From assembly GCA_965248835.1 (NCBI GenBank), contig CBDFLJ010000002.1:960001-1024000 (forward strand): a stretch of 64,000 nt of DNA. The letters run 5' to 3'. This stretch comes from Alphaproteobacteria bacterium (GTDB lineage Bacteria; Pseudomonadota; Alphaproteobacteria; MPNO01). Shown here piece after piece: positions 59,391 to 64,000 of the stretch. The position numbers were made by a program, and so were the translations under genes. Numbering within the stretch: position 1 is the first letter of the stretch; the number at the start of each line of letters is the position of its first letter. The notes beneath the pieces are model-generated. The model saw only the letters and a list, made by a program, of their open reading frames with translations. It was not told where the DNA came from and did not search any database.

Positions 59391-59427
59391 CTCCATATAT
59401 GGGCTACGATGTGGCCCATATATGGAG
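59391..59427. promoter_or_regulatory. 14-bp perfect inverted repeat over the promoter/RBS of the toxin-antitoxin operon
   Basis: ctccatatatgggc-tacgatgtg-gcccatatatggag; the right arm contains the GGAG Shine-Dalgarno. Confidence 0.8.
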
Positions 59428-59433
59428 AATCAC

Positions 59434-59691
59434 ATGACCACAGTCGTTCGCGCCCGCATCGACGAGAAGATCAAGGACGAAGCCACGGCCGTGCTGGGCT
59501 CCATCGGCCTGACGGTCTCCGACGCGTTCCGCCTGATGATGGTGCGGATCGCGGTCGAGAAGCGGCTGCCCTTCGATCCCCTGGTGCCCAACGAGGAGAC
59601 GGTCGAAGCCCTGAAGGCGGCGCGGCGCGGCGATCTGGTCGAGGTCGGCGGCGTCGACGAGCTGATGGCCGACCTCGATGCGGACGATTAG
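59434..59691 (+). CDS. dinJ: RelB/DinJ family antitoxin
   Basis: VVRARIDEKIKDEA..VL..IGLTVSDAFRL, LPFDPLVPNEET. Confidence 0.9.
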   Translation: MTTVVRARIDEKIKDEATAVLGSIGLTVSDAFRLMMVRIAVEKRLPFDPLVPNEETVEALKAARRGDLVEVGGVDELMADLDADD

Positions 59692-59959
59692 GCGGACCGC
59701 AGCTTTCAAGCGAGATTACAAACGCGAGAAGAAGGGCCGGTTCGCCAAGACGCTGGACGAGACCCTCAGGGCCGTCGTCGCCGATCTCACGGCCGACCGG
59801 ATCCTCCCCCGGCGCTGTCACGACCACGCCCTGACCGGGGCATGGAAGGACTTCCGGGACTGCCACGTCCGGCCCGATCTGGTGCTGATCTACCGCAAGC
59901 CGGACGCCGAGCACCTCGATCTGGTGCGCTTCGGCTCCCACAGCGAGCTCGGTCTTTGA
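59678..59959 (+). CDS. yafQ: YafQ family mRNA interferase toxin
   Basis: FKRDYKR, DHALTGAWKDFRDCHVRPDLVLIY, RFGSHSEL; overlaps the antitoxin stop. Confidence 0.92.
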   Translation: MRTIRRTAAFKRDYKREKKGRFAKTLDETLRAVVADLTADRILPRRCHDHALTGAWKDFRDCHVRPDLVLIYRKPDAEHLDLVRFGSHSELGL

Positions 59960-60089
59960 GCGCCACGGTCATCACCGTAGCGAGCCGGCCGCCGGATTGA
60001 GCCGGTAGCAGCGCTCGATCGTCGGCGCCAGACCCTCACCGCGGCCGATATGGCGCGCGATGGCCCCCTCGACCTGCTCGATCACGATG

Positions 60090-60270
60090 TCGAGGGCGAG
60101 ATAGTGGTGGCGGCGATCCAGGCGCTGCGCGGCGTGGCCACGATCTCTGCCATCACGCTGGTGTGGCCGAGATCGGCGACTTCCGTCGCTTCACCAACCC
60201 CCGCGAGCTCATGGCCTGGCTCGGGCTGGTGCCGCGCGAGCGCTCCTCCGGCGCGACCACCATCCGCGAC
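60090..60270 (+). mobile_element. IS110-family transposase fragment
   Basis: VAAIQALRGVATISAITLV / AEIGDFRRFTNPRELMAWLGLVPRERSSG across a frameshift. Confidence 0.8.
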
Positions 60271-60518
60271 GTTTGAGACAGAGGAAGGCCCGAGACGAAC
60301 CACGGTCCTGCGGTAAACAACCCGCGCATCAGAGTCTGATCAACCGTCGTCTCTCGCCGCCGCGCCCAGCCGTGTACAGCCCGACAACAACAACGCTGGA
60401 AACAGCGAGACTACAAGCGCGTCTAAAAACTTGATAACGGACATGAGAAACACATCCTCAACCCGTTGAAAACCACCAGAATATAAAAAGTAGAATTGCG
60501 GCAAGAGTCTCGGCCGGC

Positions 60519-61733
60519 TCAGGTCGGCTGCATAGCCACGCGCTCGATCGGCTTGTCGTTGATCGGCCAGTGGATCAGCGCCGCGACGATCCCGAGCACG
60601 ATCGCCAACCACCAGGCGGTGTCGTAGCTGCCGGTCCGGTCATAGAACAAGCCGCCCAACCAGACGCCGCAGAAGCTGCCAAGCTGATGGCTGAACACGA
60701 CGATGGCGAACAGGGTCGCCATGTAGCGCGGCCCGAAGATCTGCGCGACGATGCCGCTGGTCAGCGGCACCGTCGACAGCCACAGCAACCCCAGGATGGC
60801 GCAGAAGATCAGTACCGAGGCCTGGCTGACCGGGACCTGGAGGAAGACCAGGAACAGGATCGCGCGGAGCATGTAGAGCAGGCTGAGGAGGTAGGTCTTG
60901 CGGAACCGCCCGCCAAGCCATCCCGCGCCCAGCGTGCCGATGAGGTTGAACAGCCCGATCGTGGCCAGCGCCCAGGCGGCGAGCCAGGGTGCGGCGCCCG
61001 AATCGGTGAGGAACCCGGGTAGATGGGTGCCGATGAACTGGACCTGGAAGCCGCAGACGAAGAACCCGATCACCAGCAGCCAGTAGCCGCGGTGGCTGCC
61101 GGCCTCGCTCAGCACTGCGCCCAGGCTTTGCGGTGTCGGCCGGCTCAGCGCCTCGGAGGATCCGGCGCGCAGCGCCAGGCAGAGCGGCACCATGACCGCG
61201 ACGATGACCGACAGGATCACGATTCCGTTCGACCAGCCGTAGCCCGAGATAAGGCCCTGGCTGATCGGCGCGAAGGCAAATTGTCCGGCCGAGGCGCCGG
61301 CGGTCGCGATGCCGAGCCACAGGCTGCGCCGGGCATCGGTGGCCACGCGGCCGATCAGCGCCAGCGGCAGCGTGAAGCCGATGCCGGACAGGCCGAGACC
61401 GACGATCAACCCGGCGCTCAGGATCATGGTTTCCGGCGTCGTCGACAACGAGATCAGCCACATGCCGACGGCATAAAGGACGCCGGTGATCGCCATCATC
61501 CGGATCGTGCCCCACCGATCCGCGATCGCGGCGACGAACGGCGCCGCCGCACCCATGACAAGGTTCTGGATTGCCAGGGCGATCGAGAACTCGGTACGGC
61601 CCCAGCCGAGATCGTCGCTCAGCGGGACCAGAAAAAGGCCGAAATTCTGACGCGTGCCGCTGGCGATCAACATGATCACCACGCCGCCGATCAGGACGAA
61701 GAGGGGCGTGCGCCAGAACGCTTTCATGACCAT
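60519..61733 (-). CDS. MFS transporter (YhjX/OFA-like)
   Basis: About 12 TM segments; IADRWG motif A, GFFVCGFQV, QIFGPRYMATL, HQLGSFCGVWLGG. Confidence 0.92.
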   Translation of the reverse strand: MVMKAFWRTPLFVLIGGVVIMLIASGTRQNFGLFLVPLSDDLGWGRTEFSIALAIQNLVMGAAAPFVAAIADRWGTIRMMAITGVLYAVGMWLISLSTTPETMILSAGLIVGLGLSGIGFTLPLALIGRVATDARRSLWLGIATAGASAGQFAFAPISQGLISGYGWSNGIVILSVIVAVMVPLCLALRAGSSEALSRPTPQSLGAVLSEAGSHRGYWLLVIGFFVCGFQVQFIGTHLPGFLTDSGAAPWLAAWALATIGLFNLIGTLGAGWLGGRFRKTYLLSLLYMLRAILFLVFLQVPVSQASVLIFCAILGLLWLSTVPLTSGIVAQIFGPRYMATLFAIVVFSHQLGSFCGVWLGGLFYDRTGSYDTAWWLAIVLGIVAALIHWPINDKPIERVAMQPT

Positions 61734-62076
61734 CTGCCGCGCTTCCGGAGATTGGTGAATCTTCAGGGCATTTAGGGTAGCGGGCGTGCCCGGTCAATTC
61801 GCGGCCCTGCCGCTTCAACCGGAATTTCTCAAGGGTCGCCGCCCGACGGCGCATTGCCGCCGCAAGCAGGTCTTCTTTGGCGGGGGACAACAGGCCCGGC
61901 ATGTTCTCTCCGCGTTCTCAGTCGCGGAGACCCCAAGCACGGTTTCGTGATGTAAGACAAGGCCCGAAAAGTCTGATCAGGTCTGACAGATCGAGGGTGT
62001 GCGGAGGGGGATTAGGGGGTGGGCGCCCGGATCGTGTGGTCGCAGATACGAGAAAGTGCGGCCCGTGGACCGCCCC

Positions 62077-62646
62077 CTACCTAAAAGAGATATTGCCCAC
62101 CATGCCAGACTCATAGTGGCCCGGAATGTTGCAGGCGAATTCGAGCGTGGCGTCAGAACTGAACTTCCAGACGATTTCGCCAGATTTTTTAGGTTCCAGG
62201 AGAACGCTGTTGGGGTCGTTGTGCTCCATGGTTTTGCCGCCGCCCATGTCCATCTTCATCTGGGCATAGTTGATCTTGTCCGGTTCCAGCACCCCATGCT
62301 CGACCATCAACATCATTTCTTTCTGATGGGCTTTATGCATTTTGGCTGTGCCGATATTGAATTCGTGGACAAAATCGCCTTTGTTTTGCAAGGCGAAACG
62401 AATGGTCTCGCCTTTTCTGATCTCGATGTTTTCTGACGAATAGCGGTTATCGGTCAATATAACGGTAATCGTCCGGCTTATCTCAGAAGCCTTGCCGGGT
62501 TCACCGATATTGGCCCCACCTCCATGACCGTGTCCACCACTGTGTTTCCCCGCCGCTAAAACGCCGGGTGAGGCGGACAAGGTTAAAGCCAAAACTGCAG
62601 CAGCGATTAACTTGGAAATAGGAGTCGTATTTTCGCGAGTACGCAT
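62077..62646 (-). CDS. Periplasmic cupredoxin copper-tolerance protein (CopI-like)
   Basis: Signal peptide, His/Gly N-tail, HEFNIG, Met-rich insert, FACNIPGHYESGM. Confidence 0.9.
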   Translation of the reverse strand: MRTRENTTPISKLIAAAVLALTLSASPGVLAAGKHSGGHGHGGGANIGEPGKASEISRTITVILTDNRYSSENIEIRKGETIRFALQNKGDFVHEFNIGTAKMHKAHQKEMMLMVEHGVLEPDKINYAQMKMDMGGGKTMEHNDPNSVLLEPKKSGEIVWKFSSDATLEFACNIPGHYESGMVGNISFR

Positions 62647-62904
62647 AGTCGATTTCTCCGTGTGTCGAGATTGAACCGGGATTCCCCGGATGGCTTCTCC
62701 CAACCGCCGACAATGATAGCAGAATGGGCATCCGACCGCGAACCCGGCCCTGAGCTGTCATGAAAGGCTGTAGTCCGCACTCGACCGGGCTGATTTGGTG
62801 ATGAGAAGCCCGGCCCGGTGGCCACGCCGCATTGTGAGGGCGCACTTCGACCTGCGCCGCACACACCTGTCCTGTCGGGCGACCTGGATGCTACTGGATG
62901 GGCC

Positions 62905-63440
62905 GCTGTCATGGCGGCAAAGGGGCCGGCCGCAGCTCATCGATGAGGCGGAGGATTTTTCGGAACAGCTCCCTCGGCACCGCAACCTCCGCCAGCTGGA
63001 AAGTGACATACCGGCCGTGGCTCACGACCTTGGCGCCAATCTTGATCACCCTTGATCGGCTTTGCCGCTCAAGCCCTGAGCGTGGTCAGAGACCAGTGCT
63101 CCATCGCCTTCGCCAAGGCCAGGGTGCGCATGAAGTTGCCGAGGTTGTAAGCCAGGGCGTGAAGCTGAAGCCGGACCTCGTTGTTGCGGAACTTCCGGCA
63201 CGAGAGGCGCGTCCACCGGATGGCGTTCTTACCTTACCTTGATGTGCTGCTCCGCCGTGCCCCGCTGGGTGTAAAAGTCGACCCCGCGTTCGGCGGGACG
63301 GCTCAGGTTGGTCACGCTTGAGCCGCGAAGCGGGTCAAGGCCGCCTCGGGGAACCGGTTCCCCAGGATGCCATTCAACCTTGGCGACCACCCGGCGCTTC
63401 CGGTCCCACGAGGCGGCCTGATAGCTGAAGCCGGCGTGGA
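62905..63440 (-). mobile_element. IS1380-family transposase remnant
   Basis: FSYQAASWDRKRRVVAKVEWHPGE, FYTQRGTAEQHIK, ALAYNLGNFMRTLAL, IKIGAKVVSHGRYVTFQLAEVAVP. Confidence 0.88.
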
Positions 63441-63526
63441 AACGGCGTGGTCGTGTCGAGGCCGGAATGGGCAATTGCCGGCGTTGCCGCCAACGCAAGA
63501 AGTCCGGCCAGCAGAATCGCCTTCAT
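63441..63526 (-). pseudogene. CopC-like copper-binding protein, 5' fragment interrupted by the IS1380 remnant
   Basis: MKAILLAGLLALAATPAIA-HSGLDTTTP: signal peptide then mature His1 and HxxLxxxxP as in CopC. Confidence 0.7.
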
Positions 63527-63536
63527 GGTAGTCCCC

Positions 63537-63959
63537 TCATCGGATGCCGTTGGCCCGCTGGAGTTCCCGGACATAGGCCACGATCGCCGCCACATCGCGG
63601 CGGGTCAGCCCCTCGACCGGCGGCATGTCCCCGAAACGCCAGTGGTGAGCCCGGACGCCCCGGGCGACAGCCCGCTGAAACGACTCGTCGCCATGATGCC
63701 CGGGCTCGTAGATGACGTGGATCAGCGGCGGGGCGATCCCTTCCTGTCCCGCGGCATTCCGGCCATGGCAGGCGCCACAGTTCGCTTCATAGGCCTTCTG
63801 CCCGAGCCGCGCCCGTGCCGAGAGGGTTCCCGGCACGCTGACCGACACGATCGGCGGTCCGCCGCCGGTGGAGTCGTCGCGGTCGCCGAAATAGAGGTAT
63901 CCCGCTACGCCGCCGGCGGCGGCCAGGACGAGCAGGATCGCGCCCCGCCTCAGTGACAT
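63537..63959 (-). CDS. Membrane-anchored monoheme cytochrome c in a copper cluster
   Basis: N-terminal TM, NCGACHG, YEPGHHGD, RAHHWRFGDMPPV. Confidence 0.9.
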   Translation of the reverse strand: MSLRRGAILLVLAAAGGVAGYLYFGDRDDSTGGGPPIVSVSVPGTLSARARLGQKAYEANCGACHGRNAAGQEGIAPPLIHVIYEPGHHGDESFQRAVARGVRAHHWRFGDMPPVEGLTRRDVAAIVAYVRELQRANGIR

Positions 63960-64000
63960 GCCCGCCCGAGCGCCTTCAGCCGCCAGTAGTTATAGGGGAG
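63950..64000 (-). CDS. 3' end of an upstream membrane protein gene, probably DUF4396 family (partial)
   Basis: LPYNYWRLKALGRACH*; overlaps the cytochrome c start. Confidence 0.55.
   Translation of the reverse strand, partial: LPYNYWRLKALGRACH

Noticed and set aside
60340-60445. Lipoprotein-like stub MSVIKFLDALVVSLFPALLLSGC
   Set aside because: Lipobox-like but ends after a few residues next to IS110 debris; cannot be supported as a gene

Overview
High-GC bacterial DNA, probably alphaproteobacterial (inferred from gene content and promoter style). The window is dominated by accessory catabolic genes and IS debris. It encodes four different xanthine-dehydrogenase-family molybdenum hydroxylases: a cytoplasmic three-subunit system, a Tat-exported PaoABC-like system with its own cytochrome b, an orphan large subunit next to an LLM oxidoreductase, and a form II coxGSLMDE-xdhC-mocA cluster. 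It also carries two Rieske oxygenases, TauD, an AprA/AprB-like flavoprotein-ferredoxin pair with an atypical adenylation enzyme, opine/imino-acid enzymes, TRAP transporters, a dinJ-yafQ-type toxin-antitoxin pair and a partly disrupted copper-handling cluster. A displaced 3' half of initiator tRNA-Met at 42271 looks like the right att boundary of an integrated island lying to its left. Many genes and nearly all IS copies show internal deletions. Best candidates for an undescribed system are the AprAB-like reductase plus adenylating enzyme operon (10911-14579) and the membrane-wired periplasmic Mo-oxidoreductase with an unannotated 48-aa membrane peptide (15720-21015). All calls come from motif recognition by eye; no database searches were run.
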